A stretch of 63,317 bases of DNA, filler included, from Guillardia theta CCMP2712 (Eukaryota > Protista > Cryptophyta), in the NCBI RefSeq assembly GCF_000315625.1. It is 5 parts of 5 records of this genome, joined end to end, with 100 filler letters (N's around TTAATTAATTAA, not from the genome) between each part and the next. Parts side by side here need not be neighbours in the genome. Positions count along the whole stretch, not along the records: positions 1 to 15,339 come from NW_005434350.1; 4 more parts are not named here. One strand, given 5' to 3'. This document shows positions 1-12,939 of the stretch, one piece after another. Below the pieces are notes generated by a model, which saw nothing but the letters and a program-made list of their open reading frames with translations, was not told the DNA's origin and made no database searches. A program made the translations under genes and the position numbers. How positions within the stretch are numbered: position 1 is the first letter of the stretch; each line of letters starts with the position of its first letter.

Positions 1-375
1 AGCGAGCAGCGAGCGAGCAGCACGAGGAAGACGAGGAGGAGGACGAGGAAGAGGAGGAGGAGCAGCAGCAGCAGCAGGGGCATTGGCAGCAGCAGGGGCA
101 GGGGCAGGGGCAGCTCTGCTGCAAACAGAAGCAGTGGCAGGTTTTGAGGGCAGAAGCCGGAACATGAGTAGCAGCACTGATAGTAGGTCAGCTCTATCCT
201 CTGTTTCTGTACCCTCCTCCTTCCTTACTTCCCAAGAACGTCAAGAGATCCTCTTGTCGGCAGCGGTAGAGACGTTCCTCGGAGTCAGTAGATGGCTAGG
301 GAGCAACCCACATACCTACACATCCGCCCTCCATGGGCTTCTGCAGCGAGTGACGCCTGCGTGACTGCCAGGGCG

Positions 376-2281
376 ATGAAGAGAATCCGGTTGGCCTGCC
401 AGGCTTGCAAGAACGTGAAGCTCAAGTGCGACAACTTCGCGCCATGCACGCGGTCAGGCCGGAGGGAGGGAGGGGGATGGAGAGGAGGAGCGTGGCGCGC
501 AACACGGGCAACGTCGGTGTATTACCGACGTGACCTGTGCGAGTGAAGTCGTTGAGATATCTTGCTGTGCTGGGGGGTCGATGTCTGCTTGTCTGCTTGT
601 GTCTGTCGCCTCTGTGCCTTAGGACGGGCGGGATCTGATGAGAGTTTCATCCAGATGCACGCGGCTGAACATGCAAGGCAGCTGCATCAGAGTCAGAGTT
701 GAGAAGGGGCGTAGGAAGAGAGGATCAGACTCGTGCGTCCCTTGCAAGCAATCGAAGGTCAAATGCGACGAAGGTCGCCCATGCTCGCGTTGTAAGCAGA
801 AAAGGAAGGAGGATGGCTGCGTATACCAAGTTGTGGTCATCTCAAGACATATAGCAGGATCCAAAGACCAAGACCACGATCATACGCTTGCGAAAGAGCA
901 AGCGCTAGTGCTAGAGCAAGAGCAAGGAAGAGACAGTGGGAGTGGGACAGACCTTGTCCAGGCCTCCCCAACCGACTCCGATCAACTTGCTTGCATGCAG
1001 GAGCTGCAGGTCGAGAGGCCGCTGGACTTCTGGGCCCGCAGCCTCTCCTTTGACCAGCCGTCTCTGCTGCGCGAGCATATGAACTCCATGGGCTGGCCGG
1101 ACCGAGTGCTGGCCCGACACTTGGAGATTGGCTACTGCTCAAAGGATGTGATGAACATCTTCGTCTCGCTTCCTCCTCGCCTACAGGAGGTGACGCGTCG
1201 AGCTCTGGATGCGATGGAAATCATCATGGCAGACAAAATGATGAAGCAAGCTGGGGCTCTCCCAGCGCAGCTGCTGATGGGGAGCGAGAAGATATCAGAG
1301 GAAGACCTGGAGCTTGAGAGGGTCTTGTACGGGAATGAGAACTTCGGGATGGTAAATCACTACATGCTGCCTTCCACTGGGCAGCGTATGTATCTGTACG
1401 TTTCGGACGCGACATGCAGGATACTGGGGCTACATGCCGAGGAGGCTCTGGCGAGGTTAGCGAGCAGGGAACTGCCGCTGGTGATGACGGAGTTCAACTT
1501 CTTCTGCTACATCGTCTTCTCGACCTGGTTCTTTGCGACATACCCAGGACGCCCGCTGAGTCTGGTTGTCTGCATCCGAGATATTGGGAGCAAGAGAGAG
1601 AAGGGCGGCGTGATAACAAGACTTGTACAGCAGCCGGAGTTCGACTGTTACGGGCGGATGCGGTCGATGAAGACTATGATGTTTCCGGTAGGGAAGGGAG
1701 GAGAGAGAGATCGAGAACAAAGAGAGGAGGAGGAGGGGGGGAGGAGGAGCGAAATGGAATGTGAGTAGAACATAACAGAAGCTCAGCCAACTTGATTGAA
1801 ATGCTACATAGATCCAGGGATACAGCAGCAGCAGCAGCAGCAGATTAAAGAAGGGAGGAGAAAGAGCAAGAGAAGGAGGTGGTGGTGGGAGGAGGAGGAG
1901 GAGGAGGAGGAGGATGGAGATGGAGCATTGAGGAGTTGACCGCGATACTACAGCTGGACAAGGAAAGTAACGAGTCGCTGGTGGAGAACCACCACGATCC
2001 GTTGTCGACGTTCAACCATCTGATCAGCGGTGGAAGAGACTTCGACACGTGGATCAATGACTTCGAGTCCGACATGTCCGCGGTGAGCATGCCGAGCTGG
2101 CGGCCTGCTATAGGCTGACGCTACAAGGGGGCAGGGGGAGACGATCTTGGGGATGCAGAAGTCGAAGCAGGGGATGGAGCGGCTGGAGGCGCTTGAGAGG
2201 GAGCTGGTGCGGATGTACCAGCCGTTCGTGGAGCATGCAGACAGGATCCTGAAGGAGAAGATGCCCGGCCCGGCGGGCTGA
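376..2281 (+). CDS. Zn(II)2Cys6 (fungal-type binuclear cluster) transcription factor with two tandem zinc clusters; 5' end unresolved
   Basis: Splicing 453..654 (cg|gtcagg...ccag|a) gives CQACKNVKLKCDNFAPCTRCTRLNMQGSC. A second cluster follows: CVPCKQSKVKCDEGRPCSRCKQKRKEDGC. Later exons at ~1954-2082 and ~2134-2281 end in TGA at 2279-2281. An acceptor-like ccag just before 372 suggests further upstream exons. Confidence 0.88.
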
Positions 2282-2459
2282 AGGTCGATGGACCTGACCT
2301 GCTCTCAGCTGTTTCGACACGGGGCCGGGCGGGACAGGGAGCAGCGGATGGGAGGACTGTGTCGCAGGGACTGAGATGACGGAGGAGAAGGAGGCTGGAG
2401 CCTTGCCTCAGAGGAGGAGGAGGCCCTCGGAGGAGGAGGAGGGCGATGAGGCCCTCGGA

Positions 2460-3620
2460 GGACAATCGGACCGTGACGGAGGGCCATACCCGGCGAGTCA
2501 GAGTCACTGTCACTGCTGTACGGTCAGTGGGCGGCTACTGACTGGAAACTTAACTTTCAGTAAGAAGGTTTATGTGGAGTCACCGTCACAGGCTGCCCTG
2601 GCAGGGCCGTGGCGCGGCACGCGGCCGGGTGATCGGACTCCATGATACGGCCCGGCGTGGCATGCCGGTAGGCTTCATGATGAATGATACGGTAGTCACT
2701 TTTACCGGATGGAGAACTTGCCAAGTAAACGCAGTGAAGCTAGTGGCAGGGCCCCCGGCCTCCCGAGTCCGGGTTAACTTGAAGTTCGGCGGGCCGGGGC
2801 CGGCCCGTGGTACCGGGTCGGCCGGGCTGGACTGTTGGCCCCCGACTCCCGGACTCAGGCGTGCGTGACTGTGTAAAAGAAAAAAAGATTTAGAAAAAAA
2901 ACCAACCGTCAGACCACCCCTACCCCTTATAGGGTAAAGTACGACCCCTGTTCAATTTGACTAATTCTTCCCCACCCCCCTTCGCTACTTCATTTCAGGT
3001 ACCCCCTATCTACTGACCACCCCCGTTCACCAGTTGAAGCAATCTTGGAAAATATTCTCGAATTATTGTATTTAATTTGAATATAACCAAAGATATTTGG
3101 TGTGTTAACAAATGTTTCAACCTTAGTTTTACATACTCCCTCCCTCAGTCCCCCCACCCTTGCAAGTCCCACCCCCCACCCCACCCTTTTGCGGTTCAAC
3201 TGCCGTTACTCCAACGCTCTAGACCCTTTGCCATACCCCTTCAGAAAGTACCCCCACCCTCATCAAAAACAACCCCATGTCCCTCAGGCATTTCTTATCG
3301 TACCCTACCCCGAAAGAAAGGTGGAATTTCATGCTCAAGTACCCCCTATTTCAATCGATATTTTACCCTCACCCCAAGCAACCCTATGACCCACCCGTTG
3401 GCGTATGACCCCTACCAGTCGTCTGTTCTCGAAAGGAACTACCCACCTTCATTCAAACAATGCGCAAGTACCCTGTCACCCCTCACCGAAATAAATCAGT
3501 CTGACACCACCGGTTCTTTTTAGTCATATTACCCCTTCAAATTCATGCATAGTTTAAATTGTCACTACCCCCACCCCCAACTTAAATCAACCCACCCACC
3601 TCATGTAATTCCCAACCTCC
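2460..3620. promoter_or_regulatory. Composite upstream element: GC-rich CCGG/GAGTCA core (~2460-2870) plus ACCCC-rich tract (~2900-3620)
   Basis: Dense ccgg/ggcc/gagtca/aacttgaa words, then many acccc/tacccc runs on +. Lies upstream of enkurin. The same architecture recurs elsewhere in the window. Confidence 0.5.
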
Positions 3621-3920
3621 ACTCCGCCGCCAACGCCAGCAGGCAATGATCGAAAGCTGATCGCTGCATCCTATCCTATCGCAGCTGCTTTAGAGTTGTT
3701 TCCTTTCTCTACCTCGCCCTTCCCCTTCCCTCTCTCCGATTCCTCTCATCTTTTCTTCTTCTCCACCATCCTCTTCGTCCTCAGCGTCGTTCCCCTGTCT
3801 TCGTTACCTTGAAAACCTCCCAGAATTTTTGGAGGCTCGGACCGAACTGGGCGGCTCTTCTTCTCTCAGATCATACTTGCGGCTTTTCGTCACTTTCTCT
3901 ATTGAAACCAAATACTAACC

Positions 3921-4640
3921 ATGAACAGCGAAGAGAGCATCTACAATCTCATCCCTCCTGCAGTCTACATCCCTCCCAAGCAGCCTCTATACAGGAGCAA
4001 GTTTCCGGGAGCTGTTCCAGTGAACAAGCAGCCATCAGCTAGCATGGGTCAGCCTCACACTGTGGTAGACACCCGACACTTCCTGAAGAGAGGGGAGGCG
4101 ACAGTCCCGACCGTTCGCAACCCAGCAGCCCTGGGAGTTCAGAAAAGGGAAATGGCCAAAGTGAAACCGCCAGTGCCGAAGAAGGACGAGAAGCCTGTGA
4201 TGGGTCTGGTCTCGCAGAAGAACTACATCACCGCAAACGCTGTCGACAACATCCTCGCTGTGCCCAAGAAGCCCGTGTCGAAGGAGGTGAACTACTTGCA
4301 GAAGCAGGACTACGGCCAGGTGCCCGCGTACCTGTCGCGGGTGAAGGCGCAGGTGCAGGAGGAGTATCGGATGATCGAGGACATGCAGCAGAGCAACCAG
4401 CCGCAGAACGAGGAGCAGATCGATGTGCTGACGGAGGATGAGAGGGCGCGCCTGCTCGACGGGCTGAAGGCAAACTGGGCAACCATCAACAAGGAGTATC
4501 AGACCCTGTCCTTCACGCTTGACACGCCAGCTAAAAAGAAGAGGAAGGAGGAGTATGAGGCGCAGCTGGAGCAGATAGAGAACGACATCAAGAAGCTGAG
4601 CAAGAAGTATGTGTTCGTTCACAATGACAGGCTCTTCTAG
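3921..4640 (+). CDS. ENKUR: Enkurin (flagellar calmodulin-binding microtubule inner protein)
   Basis: Intronless 239-aa ORF. N-terminal ESIYNLIP..YRSKF, central KNYITANAVDNI and YLQKQDYGQVPAYL, and C-terminal LDTPAKKKRKEEYEAQLEQIENDIKKLSK are typical of the enkurin domain. Confidence 0.92.
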   Translation: MNSEESIYNLIPPAVYIPPKQPLYRSKFPGAVPVNKQPSASMGQPHTVVDTRHFLKRGEATVPTVRNPAALGVQKREMAKVKPPVPKKDEKPVMGLVSQKNYITANAVDNILAVPKKPVSKEVNYLQKQDYGQVPAYLSRVKAQVQEEYRMIEDMQQSNQPQNEEQIDVLTEDERARLLDGLKANWATINKEYQTLSFTLDTPAKKKRKEEYEAQLEQIENDIKKLSKKYVFVHNDRLF

Positions 4641-4776
4641 TGCCTGATGTTTTCAAGAATCTTTTTTCTTTTGCCTTCCCCTCTTTTCCTGTGTAGGAGT
4701 TAACATAAACATTCAGAAACCGCATTTAATGCGTGTTCTTGGGAAGAGAGGAGGAGAGGAGAAGGAAGAGGATGCG

Positions 4777-7700
4777 TCAAGTCGAGGGCTCTTCCATGAT
4801 GACAGGAGGATGAGGGTCGGGAACTGAAAGCTTCTGTCCTCGGGAAGAGACGATTCTTCTGGCTCTTGGAGACTCTCCTGCGATCTTGAGGGCCTGGGGG
4901 CTGAAGGAGGGAGAGGAGGGGAGGAACCTGGGGGAGGCAGGGAACGATTGAGTCGATCTCCGCATCTTCCCGTCTGGAGAGGATCAGGTCAAGGGAGCTA
5001 AGGACGAGCAAGGTGGTAAGAGGGTTCGACCTTGCTCGTTGGTCTTCCGAGCAGCTCCGGGCATCATGGAGATGGTTCGTCTCTTGAAGGAGGAACTGCG
5101 TCAAGCTCAGCTGGCAGCGGAAGCATGCGGAGCAGCGAGACCCTCTGGCAGCTAGCTCCTTCTGCTCCTCTTGCTCCTCCTGCCTCTGCTGCCCCTCCAT
5201 CCTGCCGCTCTCCGTCCTCTGCACCCCTTCGTCTGGAACCAGCGCCACCGGCAACTGCGAGCTGCGACTGGGCGAGAGCTTCGGGGTAGCTGGTTGGCTT
5301 GAAAGCGAGTTATGACTCCTCGTCCTCGGGGTCATCAGCTTTCCGTTTCTCCCTGCTGGAAGTTTGAGGCGCTGCTGCAACAGACAGGAGGAGACGAGGA
5401 GGAGAGGAGAAGAGGAGGAGAGGAGGAGAGGAGGAGAAGAGGAGAAGAGGGAGGAGGTTGACAGAGACAAGCAGGAAGGAGCAGGAGGGGATGGGGCTGA
5501 GTGCAGCAGGCTTCACCTGCACGGATTCCACCCCATGTTGTGCGCCTGGAGATCTGCTTCTTCCTCTCCTCTCCCTTCGTCTCTTCGCTGCTGGCTGTCC
5601 CCGAGCTCGAGGTCCCTAAGATGGGGCTCAAGGCAGAGCCTGTCCCTTCCTCCTTCTCCTCCTCCGCTGGTTGTTCCTTGCTCCGTCTCACGGCATCGAG
5701 GAGCTGGCAGGTGCTGTCAGTGCGAGGCAAACGAGCGACTTTCCCACCAGGTCAAGGAAGCTCAAAGTCGTTTGTCGGTTGAACTTCATCTTCTGCTCAA
5801 GAGTCGTCTCAGCTCCTCCCCTCCCTCCCTCCCTTTCTCTCCCTCCCTCCCTCCCTCCCTCCCTCCCTCTCCCTCCCTCCCTCCCTCTCCCTCCCTCTCC
5901 CTCCCTCTCCCTCCCTCTCCCTCCCTGCCTCCTTGCCTCCCTCCCTTCCCTCTCACCTCGAAGATCTCAACAATCGTGTCTCTCCTCTGCTGCTGCTGCC
6001 CCTGCCTTGAGTTGAGCGCTATGGCCTGTCGTGTCGTCATTGTGTGCTTGTCGGTCTAGCAGCGGGTTCAAGTCACCACCTGCCTGTATATCTCAAACAT
6101 CTTGGTGCAGATGCTCTTGTAGTACTCCGAGCCGTACACATGTACGTCTCGATCGCTCTGGAACAGAGCGAGAGTCGCTTCCACCTTCTCGTCCCGCGCA
6201 GCTTCAACTCTCTCCTCGGGACTGTGCTGGTGGTCGGGCGCTGCCATGGCAGGAGAAAGAATCTTTGTGATCAACTTGGGTCTGCGAGAGAGTTGTGAGA
6301 GAAAGAGGGCGGGGGAGTAGGTAGAGGAGCAGGTAGAGGAGGAGAGAGGAGCAGGAGGTAGAGGAGCGCAGGAGGTTGAGAAGCAGGAGGTAGAGGAGCG
6401 CAGGAGGTTGAAAAGCAGGAGGTAGAGGAGCGCGGGAGGTTGAGAAGCAGGAGGTAGAGGAGCGCGGGAGGTTGAGGAGCAGGAGGTAGAGGAGCGCGGG
6501 AGGTTGAGGAGCAGGAGGTAGAGGAGCGCAGGAGGTTGAGGAGCAGGAGGCAGAGGAGCGCGGGAGGTTGAGAAGCAGGAGGCAGAGGAGCGCAGGAGGT
6601 TGAGAAGCAGGAGGCAGAGGAGCGCGGGAGGTTGAGAAGCAGGAGGTAGAGGAGCGCAGGAGGTTGAGAAGCAGGAGGCAGAGGAGCGCAGGAGGTTGAG
6701 AAGCAGGAGGTAGAGGAGCGCAGGAGGTTGAGAAGCAGGAGGCAGAGGAGGTAGAGGAGGTAGAGGGTACATGTCAGCCGCTTGTTCTTCTTGGTTTCCA
6801 ACGATGGCTGGTCGGGAGGGTCATAGAAGGAAAGAGAAAGCGAGGAAGCTGCGCGTACCGTCTGTGATGTAGTCCAGATACCTCTGAGCTCGCTCCTGGT
6901 CGCCTTCCGCTACCTGATCCCGCCAGAACTCGATGCTCGAGATGGAGGGAGGGGATCGACTCGGAGGCGACTGCGGTACCTGGGAAGCAGTGGGTTGCTG
7001 GCTGTGCATGCTCCCGTGTCCCGAGAGGGTCTGGGGAGGCGCATTAGGTCGGTGGGAGCGGGAGAAGCTCGCGATGGAGGAGAGCTTGTCGTCGTGAACT
7101 TCATCTGCTCTTAGTGGGTCACAGGAGGGAGGAGGAGGAGGAGCGTGAGGACCTTCACCCATGTCGAGAGCGCTGAGGACGTTGAGGTCCCTAGTCGTGG
7201 TGCTCGATTGCGACAGGTTTCTGTTCCTCTCCAGCGCCTCGAAGCTCCTCCATGACTGCGAGGGCTCCAGCCCCGTTCCCTCTCCCTGCCCTTCACTCTC
7301 CTGCTCCTCTGGTCATTCCCTGCTCTTCCGGTCTCCTGGCCTTCACCTGCTTTCGCTGCTGCAGCTGCTGCGCCAGCCTCGCGGTCAAACTCGATGCTGC
7401 TCGAAGGCTTTTGACGCGCTTCTTGAGCTGCGCGTTACTCTCCTCCGCTTCCTCCTTCTCCAGCGTCAGCTGCTTCATGTCCGCGTCCAGCTGTGCGATG
7501 AGCGCGTCCTTTGCCGCCGACTCCTTCTGCAGCTCGTGCTGCAAGTCAAGTAGCTTCTCGGTCGCTGGATCCAGACCCCCCTGCTGAGCCGACAAGAGCT
7601 GCTTCACCAGTATAATGTGCCTCTGCCAGGCCTCTTCCAGCTGTCCTATCGCAGAGTCCCTGACGGCCTCCAGCACAAGGCACCTCCTCCTCGCTTCCCT

Positions 7701-8249
7701 GTTCTCCTGCTCCATCACCTTGATCCTCTCCTCCAGCTTCTCCTCCTTCCCTGTGACAAACTCCGCATGCCTCTCTATCTGCCCCACAGATCTCTGGCGC
7801 TCCACCGACCTCACTCCGGGGCTCTCCGCCATGGCCTCATGTACCGAGCTCGCATCGGTTCTTTCTGCCCGCATCTTCATCACAGACTCCATCATCTTGC
7901 TGTAGAACGTCTTCATCTCCATCCTCAGCCTCTCTACATGGCTGGCTGCCCCCGCCATCACCATCTGCTCGAACTGCACGATGTTGAGGTTCTCGTCGGA
8001 GGAGGACAGGTCCTCAACCCGCCGCAATCTTCGGTCCGCAACCGAGTCCACTTGCAGCAGCTGCATGTCAGCTGCCGTCTGCGACTCCTCGTGCCTGGAG
8101 ATGAGAGAGTCGATGCGGTAACGTAGGTCGTCCACCTTGGCTCTGTCGTCGGTGACTATGAGCTCTTGGTACTGCTGCAGCGACTCCTGAACTCGCTCGA
8201 GCGACTCGTTCTTCTGACTTCTGATCCCGTCGATTGTTGGCTGCATCAT
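4777..8249 (-). CDS. Multi-exon coiled-coil protein, unknown function (ends approximate)
   Basis: 318-aa heptad-rich exon 7293..8249, further coding segments at ~6850-7250, 6070-6290, 5500-5780 and 5040-5350 with GT-AG boundaries on the - strand, and a last exon ending at 4777. Confidence 0.65.
6361..6750. repeat. 32-bp minisatellite, ~12 copies, intronic
   Basis: Unit gaggagcgc(a/g)ggaggttgag(a/g)agcaggagg(t/c)a repeats every 32 bp from 6361. Confidence 0.93.
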
Positions 8250-8479
8250 CCCTTACGATCTTCCAGCACACCACAAGGAGGGCAAGAAGACTTTCAGTCT
8301 CCCTCTGGTATCGTCGCTCTACCTCTCGCCATGAATCATCTCATCATGTTTACATGCCTCGCAGGCTGTTCGCTCTCGCTTCCTCTCTCCCGCTCGCTCC
8401 GCATGCCGCCCTTCTCCTACCCTCCTACTTATCTCTCATCATCGAGTCTCGCCGTCGGGGAAGCCGGCAACGAGTACTT

Positions 8480-9095
8480 CTGGAGGGGTGGGGTTGTCTT
8501 GTCCACCCATGGTCTTAAAGGGAAACTGGACTCATATGACCGGGTACTTTTTATTAAGTTTATCCATCCCGCAGGGTAGGGTAGACGGTCAGAACAAGGC
8601 TACGACCGGAGGCTGAGTACGTACCGTCCGGGGTTTTCAGGGGTGGGGTCCTGACCTATAGATATGGAGGTGATCGGAGGGGTGGTAGAGAGCTACGGGT
8701 AGGTCCGGGTTAAAACCAGACGGTCAAATCGCCGGGGGGTCAGTTGAGTCGGAAGTGAAGATCTTCAAGTTTCAGTGATGCCACTCCATCGGAGTAACCG
8801 GGCCCCGGGGCCCGGGTACTAAAAAGGCCCAGTTGCGGTATTGTACCGGTAGTGACCGGGAGCGGTAAAATCCAGGGGTGGTCTACCCAACCCTTGGGCC
8901 GCATGTCCGGAAATAGTACTAACAAGAGGGGGTAGGGGAAGGGGGCAGGTCGCACTATAAATGGACTGGGGGGTGATGGGGGGTAGGGGTAGAAGGATTG
9001 GGGGTAGAGAAGGAGGATATGTATGGAGTATTGAGGGATATGAGGTCGAGATGTGGGTGGGGTGGTAGAGTTGAAGGGGTGGGGGTGGGGTTCTC
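8480..9095. promoter_or_regulatory. Bidirectional upstream element: GGGGT-rich tracts around a short CCGG/TTCAAGTT core
   Basis: Between divergent gene starts (~8250 - and 9114 +). Many ggggt/gggta runs, with core gagtcgg..ttcaagtt..ccgggccccggggcccgggtac at ~8740-8820. Confidence 0.5.
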
Positions 9096-9113
9096 CGATG
9101 AAGCCTGAGCGAG

Positions 9114-11719
9114 ATGCAGGAGATGCTCCAGAGGATGCAGGAGATGTGGAGGGAGGAGATTAAGAAGACCAAGGTGAGCGCCATGGCAGCCGCGGCTTCT
9201 GTATCCTGGCTGCCGCATCATGGCTGCAGTGATCGCTGTTGTGGTGAACTCTCATTCCCGAAGGTGGCGTGTACAACAGCTGTGTTGTTTCAAGCACGAT
9301 GATCAGTTCTATTGTCATCTGTGTGCGTGACTTTGGTCTGGTCATTTCTATGTATTTGATACAGATTTCATTGCAAATTGCAATATTCGGTGATCAGTAT
9401 GTTTGAGTCGATGTGTTGAATCAAGATGTCAGAGGAGGTAGAGGAGGTGATGTTGTTTCGACCAACAGGCTCTGTCAAATAATCTCTTCCTGGGATTCGA
9501 CAAGCCTGTCAACGACGAAGCGAGGAAGGAGGTAGATCAAGTGGTCAGCGGGAGGTTGTGGTTCCTGGACCACTCGGGAGTTTGGTTCAACGATGCCTTC
9601 ATCATACGAAAGGGGATCCTGCGTGGTGTAGACGAGTACGATGACCTTCCTGCGTTCGTTCAACAAGCCCTTGAGTTGGACGTTAACCCTGAGGCTAAGA
9701 TGAAGCCCTGTGTGTACATAGCACTTGAGGAGGTCAAGGCATGCCTCGATGGCTCCTTCTCGGGGGTCTTCTACGGGCAGGGGCACAGACAAGAAGTTCC
9801 CGGCATCAACATCGTCGAGCATGACGGCACTGTACATCGGTTTGCGGTGGAGACGGAGGAGGAGCAGGATCAGTGGATCACCAGCATAGGGAGGTTGACG
9901 CACCACAGCAGGAGCTCGAGTTCCTCTGACCTCTCCTCCGACGAGCCTCCCACTAACGGCATGAGATATCCGCCGGTACCGCCGCTCCTCCTCGTGTACG
10001 AGCATGACGAGCAGGCTATCTGCAGGTTAACCCGACGCCCCCAAGGAGAAAATCGGTGGAGGAGCTGGAGCTGGAGAACGAAAGTCTCCGTTGTGCCCTC
10101 ATGGCGGCGCTGGACAGGATGAAGATCTTCTCCGCCACCCCTCCAACAGACCAGGTGGTCTAGCTGCTGGGTCAGACCTGCTGAGTTGAGAGCTCTGGAG
10201 CAGCAGGTTCGGATCGGCATCGACGTGAAGCTGCAGGAAGGAGAGGGATGCGGAGGATCGGCGATGGAGGCGCGAGTGAGGAGCCTGCAGTCGGACGTTA
10301 GTGAGTTGCAGTGTAAGGTGCCTCCTGACCGCTGCCCTCCACTCCCCCTCTCTGATCCCTAGCTCACAGGTGGGGCAGCAGCAGGAGGAGATTTTAGAGC
10401 TCTCCTCCGAGCTTCAGCGGTGCCGTGAGGGACAGGAGGAGCTGGGACTGCTGCTGGACGCAACTGAAGAGCGAGTGAGGGGGCGCTCACCCGTTCCCAA
10501 CTCTCCCCTGCTCTCTTCTCCTCTCCCTTCTCGTGTGCTGTGCTGTGCTGTGCTGTCCTTTCCTCTCTCCTCTCTCCTCTCACCTCACTTCGCCTCCTCA
10601 GGTCACGGCTGTTCACATGCTAATGAGCAACGTCGCGTCCATGTGGGGAGTAAGGGCGAGCCGAGGAGGTCAGGAAGGAAGTGACTTGAGCTGGTTCAGG
10701 AGGCTGAGGAGGAAGAGCGTAGAAGGATTGAAAGCTTGCATGCCCTTGCAGGCGACATCGAGTCCAACTACGAATGCCTGCAGAGGCGGGAAGATCAGCT
10801 CCTCCAGATCGTTTCGCAACTTGAAAGTTTCGTTGCTGTTTGCAGCCAGAGCATGGGGGCCGCGGAAGAGTCCACGGCAGCGGTGGAGCGAACGCTGCAG
10901 GTGGTGTCAGAGCGAGTCATGGAGAAGGAGGCTGAAGAGAGGTGGGAGGTGGAGCGTATAGAGCTGCTGTCAGAAGACTGCAAGAAGTTTTTGGGAGACG
11001 TCCAGACCGACGGTCTGCTCAAGGAGGTCGAAGAGATGGCGGAGAGGAGGCAGAGAGCGCACGAGGACTGGGGGGAGAGAAGGAAGGAAGCGATGTGTCA
11101 TGATGACGATGATCAGTTGACGGATGGCGGAGAAGAACCTGATCCTCCTCTCCGAGCTATAGAGAGCTGCGAGGTAGAGGCATGCGGGTGGAGGGAGCAA
11201 GTGCAGAAGAGCGTCAAGGGGCTGGGGGAGGAGATATCGGAGCTCGGAGCGGACTTTCAGCGAGTTGTCCTCAAGCAACGGTCATCAATTAGCAGGTTGA
11301 CCGACGGCATCCGCAGGATCAAGGAGGAGGAGGGTAGGAGGGTCAGCGCCTTACGAGCACTTGAGGAGCAAACGAGTTGTCTGCTCGCTGGGGGCGAGGA
11401 GCATCGAACACAGGTGGAGGGAATGAGCGACGCTGTGAACGCGATGGAGGGAGTGATGGAGAGGCTGGTAAAGGATGTGACCGGTCTGTTGCTGGAGAGG
11501 AAGGAAGAGCAGAAGAGGAGGAGTGCGGCGCATAGGTCGAGCGCATGGTTGGAGTCAGCAGCAGGAGCCTCCGGGTCTCCCGAGTCGTCGGAGAGGAAGC
11601 GACCCATGCTCGACTTCTCTCCTGTCGAGCGAAACTCTTGGGCCAGCAACACCAGCATCGGCTCTGACACCAGCTTGCCGGCAAGCGCCCGTTCAAGGAG
11701 CCGTTACACCTTCCTATGA
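9114..11719 (+). CDS. PH-domain and coiled-coil protein
   Basis: First exon MQEMLQRMQEMWREEIKKTK|gtgag. The segment SGRLWFLDHSGVWFNDAFIIRKG...VHRFAVETEEEQDQWITSIGRL has the PH C-terminal helix Trp. A long coiled-coil exon ends at TGA 11717-11719. Confidence 0.7.
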
Positions 11720-11766
11720 CGAGAGCATTCACCTGACCTCCTGTGGCAGTAGGGGAACTTGATTGT

Positions 11767-12795
11767 TTACAATACCAATACATATAAGCGCTCAACAGAC
11801 ATAGTCCATGAGTATCTACAGTCAAACTGGGGAAATGAAGCTTCTCCTCTCTCTCCTGCTCCAGCTGTCAGCCACGACACTCTCAGCTTGGTCAAGGGCA
11901 CCTGGCAGCTCGAACTTGTACAACAGCGCCTGTCACACAGCCGACGAACAGACACCTGCAGCAAGCTTCACCCTCTACCCTTCACTCTGCTGCTGCTGCT
12001 GCTGCTCCTTCTCCTCCTCATTCACTTCCAACCCAATCCTCCCCCCCAGCCCTCCTCTCCATCCCTTCTCATCCTCTCTCAGCCCTCTCCTCCTCCTCCT
12101 CTCGTCACAGGGCATCCCATCATCTCCTCACATCATCACGATCGCAGACATCGTCATGTTGCCCGAGATCTGTCGAAACTCTTGAGCAAAAACACAACCA
12201 TGTTCCCCTGAATCGCCCTCACCTCCAACCCTCGGCTCTTCTCTCCGAGGTCGTGAGCAGGGACGTTGATCTGCTTGTCCGCGCGCTCGTCCTCTGCTAT
12301 CTGCACGCACACACCCACACGTCTCATCCCTCGGAGCTCCTGCACAGCACGCTAAACCTTCTTGTCCAGGGCAACTTTGGCGAGGTGTGCCCGCCGGTAA
12401 AGGTCCTGTCTGTGCTTCTGGTGTATGTAGGAAGATCGGCAGGGAGCAGGGTACGGGGGACAACGAACATCTGCATGACAATGGGATGTCAGGAGGACAG
12501 CATCTCCTCCTCTCCTGCTCAGAGACCAGTTTCTTCACTCCCATCTTGCGAGAGGATGGTGCTCCCCTGCAAGGAAGCTCGCGCGGACTGAAGGGAAGCA
12601 CAAATCACATCATCGGGTGCCGCATAATCAACGACTTTCACCATTAGTTCCATTCCTTCGGCTCCTGCATTCTTCATCCCCTGACCCCTCGCCTCGACGC
12701 CTGCCAAGTTTCAAAATCTGGCGAGGGTTGGAACACGGTTCTCAACCAACCTGAGAAGAGCGGTAGAAGGAGCAAGAGGAACGGACCATAAGACA
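11767..12795 (-). CDS. Hypothetical multi-exon protein with hydrophobic N-terminus
   Basis: ATG 12795 MSYGPFLLLLLPLFSGW. Short exons DLYRRAHLAKVALDKK | IAEDERADKQINVPAHDLGEKSRGLE | ISGNMTMSAIV are joined by GT-AG introns on the - strand. The 3' end is uncertain. Confidence 0.4.
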
Positions 12796-12939
12796 TGGTT
12801 CGAATCCCTTTCCTATCCTCTCTCCTTTCCCTCTTCTTGTCCTCTCCCTCCTCCCAGCTCCCTCCTCCTCGCGGCCCTCCTCTGCCTCCACCATCTTGCA
12901 CCATTTCGCCCTGGAAAATCATCCCCCTCGTTCCACCGG

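Noticed and set aside
6068-6801. Long Leu/Pro/Ser-rich ORFs
   Set aside because: Translations of an intronic 32-bp minisatellite that lacks stops.
12795-12810. tRNA T-loop (ggttcgaatcc)
   Set aside because: The T-stem does not pair beyond 2 bp, and there is no acceptor stem or D/anticodon arms.
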